A stretch of 64,000 bases of DNA from NCBI GenBank assembly GCA_050633245.1, contig JBOEGD010000014.1, positions 1 through 64,000 of the forward strand. The letters are read 5' to 3'. The position numbers and the translations under genes are program-made. The notes under the pieces were generated by a model. The model worked only from the letters and a program-made list of their open reading frames with translations. It was not told the origin of the DNA and made no database searches. The DNA comes from Calditrichia bacterium. GTDB taxonomy: Bacteria > Calditrichota > Calditrichia > RBG-13-44-9 > J075. Shown piece after piece: positions 1 to 8,022 of this stretch. The stretch's first letter is position 1. Each line of letters starts with the position of its first letter.

Positions 1-29
1 TCATAATTCATCAATCATAATTCATCAAT
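1..29. repeat. Short tandem repeat TCATAATTCATCAA x2
   Basis: Sequence starts tcataattcatcaa-tcataattcatcaa; related TCATCAA/GATGAAT heptamers occur near 42410 and 43300-43363. Confidence 0.6.
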
Positions 30-850
30 TACTTGTCTTCAACTTCGGCAATTTGGTCGATCAGAAGAGCATTGGGGATTGTGCAGCGGCCTTTAGCAGT
101 GCGCACTACTGTGCTTACAGTTCCAACTTCAAGGATTTCGCCTTCAGCACCCCCAACACGCAAGCGCTGTCCACCCTGGAACAACTTGCGCGCATAAACG
201 CCGGCGATAATGTTGCGCGCAACGTCGCGAGCACCAAATCCCAATGTTAGGGCAATAGCCAATCCAAATGCTCCCAGAAGGGAAGCAAACAAAATATTCA
301 GAACGTCAGACTCAATTTCCAACTGCGTAACCGATACAACAATGATGGCAAAAACAATAATATTGGTAACCAAAGCACCAATTACATTTGCGAAATCAAT
401 TCCTGCTTCCGCAGCTGCCCCCTGAACCATACCACCAATAAACCTGGCCAGCATAACACCAAAGACCAGAATAAACACAACGGTGATCAGGTTTGGCATA
501 AAGGCAACAAACTTTTGCAGCGTTTCTGCCAATGCATTTAGCTGCAGACTTTCGGCAGCGGACAAGATAAAAAGAAGCATCAGCATGTAAAAAATGAGTT
601 GTCCGACAACCCAGGATGCAGGCTTAAGAAATCCGGCATTGTGTAGAAAACCGCTAATACCAGCTTTTTCGACAATACTATTGAATCCCAACCTGTCTAA
701 TAATTTGCTGACAAATCGTCGAACAAGCGAGGCCAGAATCCAGCCCATCAGGATTAGCGATAGCGCACCAAGCAAGCTTGGCAATACGCCGACGATGTCG
801 GATAAAACATTATTCAGTGCAGTAAAGACTGTTTCAGTCCAGGAGCCCAT
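29..850 (-). CDS. CmpX-like small-conductance mechanosensitive channel family protein
   Basis: Two TM-helix repeats (LPSLLGALSLILMGW, MPNLITVVFILVFG), glycine-rich LAIALTLGFGARDVARNIIAG, and a short C-terminal MscS beta domain (GEILEVGTVSTVV...IPN). Confidence 0.8.
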   Translation of the reverse strand: MGSWTETVFTALNNVLSDIVGVLPSLLGALSLILMGWILASLVRRFVSKLLDRLGFNSIVEKAGISGFLHNAGFLKPASWVVGQLIFYMLMLLFILSAAESLQLNALAETLQKFVAFMPNLITVVFILVFGVMLARFIGGMVQGAAAEAGIDFANVIGALVTNIIVFAIIVVSVTQLEIESDVLNILFASLLGAFGLAIALTLGFGARDVARNIIAGVYARKLFQGGQRLRVGGAEGEILEVGTVSTVVRTAKGRCTIPNALLIDQIAEVEDK

Positions 851-865
851 AATTCACCTTATTCG

Positions 866-1105
866 TTAACGCTCGTTATCTTGATTAGATTTATCTTCAT
901 TCGGTTTATTTTCCACAAAGCCCGATTGCAGAAAACCACCCAGTATCGAACTAAAGCCGGTAAAAAAAAGTGATGCAATATCCCGCAATATTGTTTTGCC
1001 CTGTAGCCGTCTCAATACACCGGAGACAAAGCTTTCCGGGATTTCTCCCTGATCTTCCGGGACATCTTTCCAGGGATCGTCTTTCCAAAAGTCTTGCGGA
1101 TCCAT
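866..1105 (-). CDS. Small acidic protein, CrfX-like / putative anti-sigma factor
   Basis: 79 aa; starts 3 nt after the ECF sigma stop; acidic N-terminus followed by an amphipathic/hydrophobic helix. Confidence 0.55.
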   Translation of the reverse strand: MDPQDFWKDDPWKDVPEDQGEIPESFVSGVLRRLQGKTILRDIASLFFTGFSSILGGFLQSGFVENKPNEDKSNQDNER

Positions 1106-1108
1106 TTA

Positions 1109-1804
1109 TTAATCTTCCATTAAGGGTTCAAAGCGCTCTTTAAATTCTTCTCGAGCTCTTTTGAGACGCATTTTTGTTGCACTGAGACTTATCTCAAGCG
1201 TCTCAGAGATCGTTTGATAATCCATTTCCTGGAAGTAGCGTAACAAAATTATCTGCTTATGCGCAGGTGTCACCAAGTCCAGAACTTTCTCTATTAAACG
1301 CCTGAGATCTTTGCGCTCCAACCCTTGCTCTATAACTGAAAATAAACCGGCGTCTTCCTGCTGATTGAGTTTCACTTCATTCACATCTTCAGAAACCCAC
1401 CACAGTGGACGCCTTTTCATCTTGTCGATATAGTTCAAACTGGTGTTCACCGTAATGGTGTACAGCCAGGTGGAGAATGATGAATCGCCTTTAAACTTTG
1501 GCAAGCCATTGAAGACCCGCACAAAGACATCCTGTACCACATCGTATGCGTCGTCCTGACTTTTCATCATACTGGCAACTTTTCCAAACACCTTATTTCG
1601 GTAGCGGTTTACCAGCACCTCAAACGCGAGAGTCTGATACGGCAATTCGGATTTACAGCGTGTAACAAGCTCTTCATCCGACAGCTTTACCAACTCTTGT
1701 TTTTGAGACCCGCGTGAACCGGATAAGTCACCAGGCGCTCGGAACAAAATATGATGTACAATGATTTTTGAGTAGAATGAGTCCAATCTTACAATTCCCC
1801 ACAA
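1109..1804 (-). CDS. ECF RNA polymerase sigma factor, SigX-like (true start probably downstream)
   Basis: Region 2 (DAYDVVQDVFVRVF...FKGDSSFSTWLYTITVN) and region 4 (EMDYQTISETLEISLSATKMRLKRA); LSDEELV N-terminal motif. Confidence 0.9.
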   Translation of the reverse strand: MWGIVRLDSFYSKIIVHHILFRAPGDLSGSRGSQKQELVKLSDEELVTRCKSELPYQTLAFEVLVNRYRNKVFGKVASMMKSQDDAYDVVQDVFVRVFNGLPKFKGDSSFSTWLYTITVNTSLNYIDKMKRRPLWWVSEDVNEVKLNQQEDAGLFSVIEQGLERKDLRRLIEKVLDLVTPAHKQIILLRYFQEMDYQTISETLEISLSATKMRLKRAREEFKERFEPLMED

Positions 1805-2089
1805 TCGTTCTGAACAATAAAACCATCTAAAACAGGTTCAACTCCTGATTTTTGGCTCTCTACCAAATGGTGGTAAAGTTGTCCGAACTTTTTAAACGCC
1901 GACCTTAACTAAAAGCCAGCGCAATGCATCGCCTGCGGGACGCAAAACAGACGCAAAATCTAAAACTTGAAAAAGCAGTGTGCTAAAAAGCGCTGGAATA
2001 TACGGTAACGACGCCTTTTTTACAACGTTTTATCTGCTTAGAAGGGGGCTTTTGAAAGGCAACGGTATCTTTATTTAATAGACTTCAAA

Positions 2090-2842
2090 TTATACAGAGG
2101 CGAGAAGTTCTTCAATACAGCGGTTTAACACTTTCCAGCATGCGTTAATCATTGCCTTATCTATCGATGCACCGGTAGTTGTTTGTGACAGGGCATTTGT
2201 AAGACTGTGATAGGTTCGCAGTGGCAAGGGAATATCCATTCCGGAAATTTGCAGCCAATCGAGCTCGAATGCAACAGCAACCAGCTCGTCAAAGTTCCAA
2301 TCCTGAAGGGGGCGAATACCGCTTTCGTTTTGACGCGGGGCCTGGCGTGCGCGAAATGCTTTTTGATCATCACGAATTGTTCGGCAGAGCAACAGAGCTT
2401 CGATGATGCTGCCCATCTGCACCACAGCAGACAGATTTGCCCCAACATTGCGGCAGATTTGCGCCTCGCGCCAGCGGGCAGACAAATTTTCATGTAGGCC
2501 GGGAACGACATCGGTCAATCGATGAAATTCCGGTGCGGGTAGCAGCATGCCTCGGGGCTGAAGCACGCCGTTATCAAGAAGTTTCAGGGTAGTTTTACAG
2601 TAGACGACCAGGCTGTGAATAACAGCTGAAGCATCTCTTTCGCTTTCGCGAAAGACCGGATCGTCGTCAAACTTACGCATAAGGTAATTTGATTCAGGAG
2701 CCAGAGCTTCCAGGATCAAGCGGTACTCGTCGGCGCGCTCACGCACTTTTCCGATATCTGGATTGGGAGCAAACACGATATTGCCATCAATATCTGAAAA
2801 CTCCTCAAGAATTTCGCGAATAAAGTGTTCACTGCTTTTCAT
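2090..2842 (-). CDS. Hypothetical protein with a degenerate HEPN/DUF4145-like C-terminal domain
   Basis: RWREAQIC...SAVVQMGSIIEALLL...DWNFDELVAVAFELDWL pattern; LRTYHSLTN lies where RNxxH is expected. Confidence 0.5.
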   Translation of the reverse strand: MKSSEHFIREILEEFSDIDGNIVFAPNPDIGKVRERADEYRLILEALAPESNYLMRKFDDDPVFRESERDASAVIHSLVVYCKTTLKLLDNGVLQPRGMLLPAPEFHRLTDVVPGLHENLSARWREAQICRNVGANLSAVVQMGSIIEALLLCRTIRDDQKAFRARQAPRQNESGIRPLQDWNFDELVAVAFELDWLQISGMDIPLPLRTYHSLTNALSQTTTGASIDKAMINACWKVLNRCIEELLASV

Positions 2843-2892
2843 AAGGGCATCCTTACCAAATCCGCCATAATGTAATAGAATTAAGGCGTTAC

Positions 2893-2920
2893 TAAAAGAA
2901 AAAACCTTTTCAGCCGATAA
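2893..2920 (+). promoter_or_regulatory. Sigma28 (FliA)-type promoter
   Basis: TAAA-N16-GCCGATAA; perfect -10 consensus just upstream of the 2931/2961 ORF. Confidence 0.65.
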
Positions 2921-2960
2921 TAATTACGAGATGTTAAACGAAAGGAATCTGGGCTCAAGG

Positions 2961-4550
2961 ATGAGAACACAAACCCAAAAACCATTTGGTCATGTAGTTA
3001 AAGGGCGATATGACCTGTCAGAGAAAATGATCCGTGAACACTTGAGGATCTCTCTCCCAAAACCTCACGATCTATATATTCGAAAAACGCTGGAGCAACC
3101 GCTGCAAAAACGGCTGCGTATTGCCAGCACCACACGTTTCCCATGCCTTATTGAGGCGCTTGCTGAAGACGAACATCACGATGTTAAAAAAATTGCAAGA
3201 ATGCGACACTATTGGCGCTACATCACGCAAAACCGTCATCTTTTACACATGTCGCATCGTGAAAAGCAAAAGTTTGTAAGCAATGAGTCGCTGGAGAATT
3301 TGCTGGTTTTCTTAATTGAAGAGACAGATCATGCAATTTTAAAGATCGTTTTTCACAATCCGGCTGTTTCCGTGGGCACCCTGTCGACATACCGTCATCA
3401 CCTGTTGCAACGCCCCAAAAGCAGCATGGATAGTCGACTGCTCATAATTCTGGATCAGACCATGACAATCAAGCGTGAGCGCATCATCAAAGTCGCGGAC
3501 ATCTGGCGGGAAGACAACGACCCGGCGCAATTGTTGTCGCGATTACTTCCATCACTGGCAGATAAAGATCCGATTGTTGCACAAAGCGCCGTTAATCGCA
3601 TTGAAACCATTCCGGAGGAAGCGCTTCGCTCCTGGCTGTCTGGTGAAAATGAAGATCCCAGATTCGATTATTTGCTGCTCTGGAAAATCTTAAAGGTTTT
3701 ACAAAAGCATTTTACGGTTTCAAGCCAAACGGCCAACAGTAGTTCATGGCACCAATTTTTTATCGACTGTCAGCAGCATCTTCTGGAAAAAAGTGCCAAC
3801 TCTATCGAGCAACCGGCCGCACTGCTAACGCTTGTTTGGGCTCACTGCGATTCGAGTGAGAACTTGCGCTCTATCGCCGAATCCAAATTTGCCCTTGCTG
3901 ATATGCTAAATCTTATAGCTGATAACGGTTCACCGATAAATCTTGCAGCAGCGGTTGTCAGTCGACTTCGTTATCATCCGAACCCGCAGCTTCGACCAAG
4001 ACTGGAGACCATATCACTTAAACTGGCAGAGCGCTCACGCATTGAATTGGAGGAGCTTGAGGGATCAGTCAACGCCTCATTTGAAGTTCTCGATGAATGG
4101 GAAAACAATCTGGCCATAGGTGAAAACTTGAGCACCCAGGCACGTATTTCTCCTCTAATCTATCTGCGCGATATGCTGCGCCATATCCGTAAGCTGCCAC
4201 ATGGAATCAGCAATGCCCGTGATTTGCAAACATCTTCCCAGCAGCATTCTAAATTCAACATGATGTGGAGAATCACGCTTGGGCAATATGTGTCACGCTT
4301 ACGCGAACTGGACAAAACCGTGCTGCGCTTATGGATCGAGGCTTTGCCGGCAGGTGATAAAAGAGAGTCTTTTCTTGTGAGCCAAAAAAAGATCATTGCG
4401 CAATTGGAAAGAAGCTACAAGAAGGATGTTCAGTGCGAGCTGCAGATCTCATGTAGCACCTGTATGAAACGCAGCTGTTCCGCTGAGCGCTTTTTGCGAC
4501 AGACCGAATTTTTCTCAGGAGAGTTAATTACTCATTTAGAAGAAGTATAA
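2961..4550 (+). CDS. Hypothetical alpha-helical (HEAT-like) protein with a C-terminal Cys cluster
   Basis: Long ORF (open from 2931; ATG 2961 follows AAGG); HEAT-like segments LLPSLADKDPIVAQSAV and LRYHPNPQLR; C-x5-C-x2-C-x4-C near the C-terminus. Confidence 0.65.
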   Translation: MRTQTQKPFGHVVKGRYDLSEKMIREHLRISLPKPHDLYIRKTLEQPLQKRLRIASTTRFPCLIEALAEDEHHDVKKIARMRHYWRYITQNRHLLHMSHREKQKFVSNESLENLLVFLIEETDHAILKIVFHNPAVSVGTLSTYRHHLLQRPKSSMDSRLLIILDQTMTIKRERIIKVADIWREDNDPAQLLSRLLPSLADKDPIVAQSAVNRIETIPEEALRSWLSGENEDPRFDYLLLWKILKVLQKHFTVSSQTANSSSWHQFFIDCQQHLLEKSANSIEQPAALLTLVWAHCDSSENLRSIAESKFALADMLNLIADNGSPINLAAAVVSRLRYHPNPQLRPRLETISLKLAERSRIELEELEGSVNASFEVLDEWENNLAIGENLSTQARISPLIYLRDMLRHIRKLPHGISNARDLQTSSQQHSKFNMMWRITLGQYVSRLRELDKTVLRLWIEALPAGDKRESFLVSQKKIIAQLERSYKKDVQCELQISCSTCMKRSCSAERFLRQTEFFSGELITHLEEV

Positions 4551-4555
4551 TGAGC

Positions 4556-4588
4556 AAAAAAAAGCCGGTCCAAAAGATATGGACCGGC
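4556..4588 (-). terminator. Rho-independent terminator between convergent genes
   Basis: GCCGGTCCA/TGGACCGGC stem with an A-run on the left, which reads as a U-tract on the minus strand. Confidence 0.75.
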
Positions 4589-4617
4589 GAAACATACGTC
4601 TAAACCTGCAGCGTCTA

Positions 4618-4887
4618 TTAAAGAGCGTCTTTCAGTTCTTTGCCTGCTTTGAAAGTAGGTACACGTCGAGCAGGGATGTGCATTTTTGCACCAGTAGCAG
4701 GATTCACGCCATCACGAGCAGCACGATCAGACACTTTGAAGCTACCAAAGCCAACCAGGCTTACAGATCCACCATTTTTCAATTCGCTAACTACAGTTTC
4801 CATAAAAGCAGACAAGCAGCTTTCAGCATCTTTTTTTGACAAGCCGGCCTTCTCAGCCATTGCGTCAATCAGTTCCTTGCGATTCAT
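4618..4887 (-). CDS. hup: DNA-binding protein HU
   Basis: MNRKELID...VSLVGFGSFKVSDRAARDGVNPATG...PTFKAGKELKDAL; GGAGG RBS. Confidence 0.97.
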   Translation of the reverse strand: MNRKELIDAMAEKAGLSKKDAESCLSAFMETVVSELKNGGSVSLVGFGSFKVSDRAARDGVNPATGAKMHIPARRVPTFKAGKELKDAL

Positions 4888-4932
4888 TCTAAACCTCCTA
4901 GTGTTAGTAATAATGTTGGGATTAGGCGGAAG

Positions 4933-4961
4933 AATATCTATATTCTACAAGTGAATGTCAA
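4933..4961 (-). promoter_or_regulatory. Sigma70-type promoter for hup
   Basis: TTGACA-N17-GATATT on the minus strand. Confidence 0.55.
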
Positions 4962-5131
4962 GCTAATTGTGGAATTAATAAGAAGTGATGGAGATGTTGT
5001 AAAAGATGCGTCGAAGTAGCATCATCAGGCGACTCCCAAAGAAGTTTGCTTTACGGACAGGATATCAGTTCCGTCCGCAATGCGGGGAGTATGGTATTCC
5101 TTCCCAAGGGATCTGTTGTTGAAAAACAGTT

Positions 5132-5380
5132 TTATCCCTTTTTTCGGGAGTCCTTTAAAAAACTTTGCAGCTTTGGGCTCTTAAGCATGTTTCCGGCGAC
5201 TTCGTTCAGAATCTCGTCCTGATCGTAAAACTTTTCCTTAATTCGCTGGCGAATTAGAGCAAGACGCTCATCAGAAAGTTGCTGGCAGCCTTTCTGCTTT
5301 TTGTCCTCAGATACATCAGTCATATCAATATTACCGACGCTGAGTACGTAACTTGCATTTTCAATAGAGTCAACTTTCAT
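5132..5380 (-). CDS. FlgM-like anti-sigma28 factor
   Basis: 82 aa; MKVDSI N-terminus and ERLALIRQRIKEKFYDQDEILNEVAGNML, which resembles the FlgM C-terminal ERVxxIKxxIxxGxY...IAxKLL; context is fliW and a sigma28 promoter. Confidence 0.6.
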   Translation of the reverse strand: MKVDSIENASYVLSVGNIDMTDVSEDKKQKGCQQLSDERLALIRQRIKEKFYDQDEILNEVAGNMLKSPKLQSFLKDSRKKG

Positions 5381-5468
5381 TTCCGGGTACCTGTCTAGGT
5401 TAAGGATGCGGAATATCTAATACCAGGGCACAGGTAAAACTATGAATTATCCTGCTTCCTGTAATAAA

Positions 5469-5495
5469 TAATCGCTTATTGGTCGGTATACTTTA
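5469..5495 (-). promoter_or_regulatory. Sigma28-type promoter upstream of the FlgM-like gene
   Basis: TAAA-N15-AGCGATTA on the minus strand. Confidence 0.55.
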
Positions 5496-5687
5496 GCCGG
5501 AATTGCAAAATAATGCATACACAATTCCGCAGCCTCAAGTAAAACAGTAGTTTACCGGCCGAAACTTAACATACAAGAATATACGTTCTTATACGCCATA
5601 GTCAAAGAAAGAATGTAATTCTTTAGAGGACAGGTCGAGCAAGATGCCGACACCTCAAATCCCATGTCCAGCCTGAAGATGGCTGAA

Positions 5688-5921
5688 CTAAAACAACTCA
5701 GCAGCAAACTCCTGAGTTTCAACAACTTTTTCCTGCGTTAGCTTGCTAAAGATGTTTTCCAACGCACTCTCTACTACAGCGATGCTTTTTTGCATAACCA
5801 GAGCGATTTCCTCACTATTCAGTTCCTCATAAAAATAAAGACCGGCCAGAATGCGCTCGCTGCGATTGAGCTGCTTTAAGGAAGCTGCGCTAATCGTTAC
5901 TCCATCCATGAAAGACTGCAT
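5688..5921 (-). CDS. Stand-alone sigma70 region-4 (FliA C-terminus-like) protein, 77 aa
   Basis: SLKQLNRSERILAGLYFYEELNSEEIALVM resembles FliA LPEREQLVLSLYYxEELTLKEIGxVL; AGGAG RBS before ATG 5921; no region 2. Confidence 0.65.
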   Translation of the reverse strand: MQSFMDGVTISAASLKQLNRSERILAGLYFYEELNSEEIALVMQKSIAVVESALENIFSKLTQEKVVETQEFAAELF

Positions 5922-5994
5922 ATTGATTCTCCTGGTTTGTTTTGTTCTTCTCACTCTACTTCCGTGTAGCCTGAGCTATTGGGTCGTGACTCAC

Positions 5995-6411
5995 TTATGA
6001 CAAAGGGTGCGCTACCGGGATTCCTTCAGAAGCAAGTATGCGCTGTTCCCCGGTTTTGTTCTGATTGTCGATGACAATCGGACTCCGCAAGTTTATCGTT
6101 ACCTGACCGTTTTCACCGCGAAATGTAACGACACAGAACAAATCCAAATCTTCATCAGCGGCCAAAACTCGTTTTACTAACCCCTTCGGAAGATCTTTAC
6201 CATAGTCTGCCACCGCAAGAAAAGGATCGAGTACCGGAAAGCCTACATCCTCGCCATTTGCAGAAACCAGCCAGCAAAAAGGCTCATACTCTTTATCCTT
6301 TAAAATCAAAAACTCACGAGAACTTTCAAATCCGATAACGCCATTGTCGAATCGGATCACCTGATCTGTGCTATATTCTATTTCGCCAAATTGACTGGTT
6401 ACAACTTTCAT
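5995..6411 (-). CDS. fliW: Flagellar assembly factor / CsrA antagonist FliW
   Basis: MKVVTSQFGEIEY...FDNGVIGFE...FCWLVS...FPVLDPF...TINLRSPIVI; ATG 6411 preferred (GGTGGAG RBS, downstream of the sigma54 site). Confidence 0.9.
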   Translation of the reverse strand: MKVVTSQFGEIEYSTDQVIRFDNGVIGFESSREFLILKDKEYEPFCWLVSANGEDVGFPVLDPFLAVADYGKDLPKGLVKRVLAADEDLDLFCVVTFRGENGQVTINLRSPIVIDNQNKTGEQRILASEGIPVAHPLS

Positions 6412-6444
6412 CACTATCTCCACCGGCATTCGAAATCTACACTC

Positions 6445-6459
6445 GCAAGATACATGCCA
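6445..6459 (-). promoter_or_regulatory. Sigma54 (-24/-12) promoter for fliW
   Basis: TGGCATGTATCTTGC = TGGCA(T)-N5-TTGC, exact GG-N10-GC spacing, about 35 nt upstream of the fliW start. Confidence 0.75.
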
Positions 6460-6914
6460 TTTTTACAAAATCAGCTTAAGTCAAAAATAAACAAACACTA
6501 ACAACAAAAAATCGATTGTCAATTTGATCCCCGTCACGAGCGATAATTTCGACACTCCGATTGAATTTTCACCACTCGGGTCTCATTGGATCAAAATTTC
6601 ACCACCCTTGCAGAGAAACCGGATATTCAGCTCTGCTAAGAGACTCGTCCAATCTGTATCAATATGCGTCAATCTTCAACGACTCGGGCGCATATCAAAT
6701 TAATGTAATGGGAGGCTTCCTGCCGTGCGCACTTTACTTAGCGCAATAATCTACATCAGACTGTAGTATGAAGAATGTCAGAACAGCATCTCCGGCGCAA
6801 GTTCCGACAGGAACACTGGGGCACGCAGGAGTTTGTTTGTAATCTTGACGCATAAAGGTAGAGCCAAATACCCCTGGCAATTGAGGTGAAGGTCAATAAT
6901 TCGTGAACCAATCT

Positions 6915-6941
6915 TAAATTTTTATTCGATAAGGCTGATAA
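6915..6941 (+). promoter_or_regulatory. Possible sigma28-type promoter upstream of the aldo/keto reductase
   Basis: TAAA-N15-GCTGATAA (one mismatch to GCCGATAA). Confidence 0.45.
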
Positions 6942-7019
6942 TAGGTGCTTGAATTTCTGTTAAGAATTGCTGAATATTGAAGCGATCACAATTCAACAAT
7001 CCAGATACAAAGGAAACGC

Positions 7020-7997
7020 ATGCAAACCAGAACGCTCGGGCAGAACGGCCCCGAACTTACAGAAATTGGCCTTGGTGCCTGGGCTATAGGAGGAGATTGG
7101 CAATGGGGATGGGGAGAGCAGGATGATTCTGCCTCAATGGCGGCCATCAGAAAGTCTATAGACACCGGTGTTAACTGGATAGATACCGCGGCCATTTATG
7201 GATTGGGGCATGGTGAGGAAGTGGTAGGCAAAGCCGTCACGGATGTGCGTAACGAGGTCTTTATCGCAACAAAATGCGGTCTTCGTTGGGATGACCGCAG
7301 ACGCGTTAGCAATAACCTTCATCCCGCAAGCATCCGCAAGGAGTGCGAAAATAGCCTGAAGCGACTGAGAGTAGATCACATCGATCTATATCAGATTCAC
7401 TGGCCGCACAAAAACATTCCTATAGAAGACAGCTGGGGAACCATGACCCGCCTGGTTGAAGAAGGCAAGGTTCGCTATATCGGCGTCAGCAATTTTAGTG
7501 TCGAACTCTTATCACGATGCCAGGCTATTGCCCCTGTGCAATCCCTCCAGCCAATCTACAATCTACTACAACGCGATATTGAGGGTGATGTGCTACCATG
7601 GTGCCTTGAAAATAAAGTGGGTGTCGTTGCCTATAGCCCACTCATGAGCGGATTGCTTACCGGTAAATTCAACAGCGATTATTTAGCCACATTAGATGAG
7701 AAAGATTGGCGAGCAAAGGGCACGCATCCACTTTTTCGAGAGCCTGGATTCTCAAATGCACTAAGATTTGTAGAAGAGCTGCGGCCAATCGCCGAAGGCT
7801 ATGAGAAGACGCCGGCACAACTTGCTATCGCATGGACGCTGATGAACCCGGCGGTAACTTCATCTATCGTTGGCGCAAGAACCCCGCTTCAAGCGGAGCA
7901 AAACGCACCGGGTTCGGGCTGGGCTATTTCTGAGAATGACTTGAAAACAGTAGACGCCTTATTTAAAGATATCATGACAGAAGCCCCGGACGCATAA
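7020..7997 (+). CDS. Aldo/keto reductase
   Basis: IGLGAWAIGG, WIDTAAIYG, IATKCG, IDLYQIHWP, GKVRYIGVSNF, YSPLMSGLLTGK. Confidence 0.95.
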   Translation: MQTRTLGQNGPELTEIGLGAWAIGGDWQWGWGEQDDSASMAAIRKSIDTGVNWIDTAAIYGLGHGEEVVGKAVTDVRNEVFIATKCGLRWDDRRRVSNNLHPASIRKECENSLKRLRVDHIDLYQIHWPHKNIPIEDSWGTMTRLVEEGKVRYIGVSNFSVELLSRCQAIAPVQSLQPIYNLLQRDIEGDVLPWCLENKVGVVAYSPLMSGLLTGKFNSDYLATLDEKDWRAKGTHPLFREPGFSNALRFVEELRPIAEGYEKTPAQLAIAWTLMNPAVTSSIVGARTPLQAEQNAPGSGWAISENDLKTVDALFKDIMTEAPDA

Positions 7998-8022
7998 TGG
8001 AAAGAAGGTAAGGGATTGCAAT

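Noticed and set aside
1915-1960. c-di-GMP-I riboswitch suggested by GGGACGCAAA
   Set aside because: No upstream GGCAAAC/GAAA tetraloop stem, and it lies on the strand opposite to the flanking genes
6561-6749. 62-aa plus-strand ORF in the fliW-AKR intergenic region
   Set aside because: TTG start with no RBS and no recognisable motifs; the region is better explained as regulatory DNA
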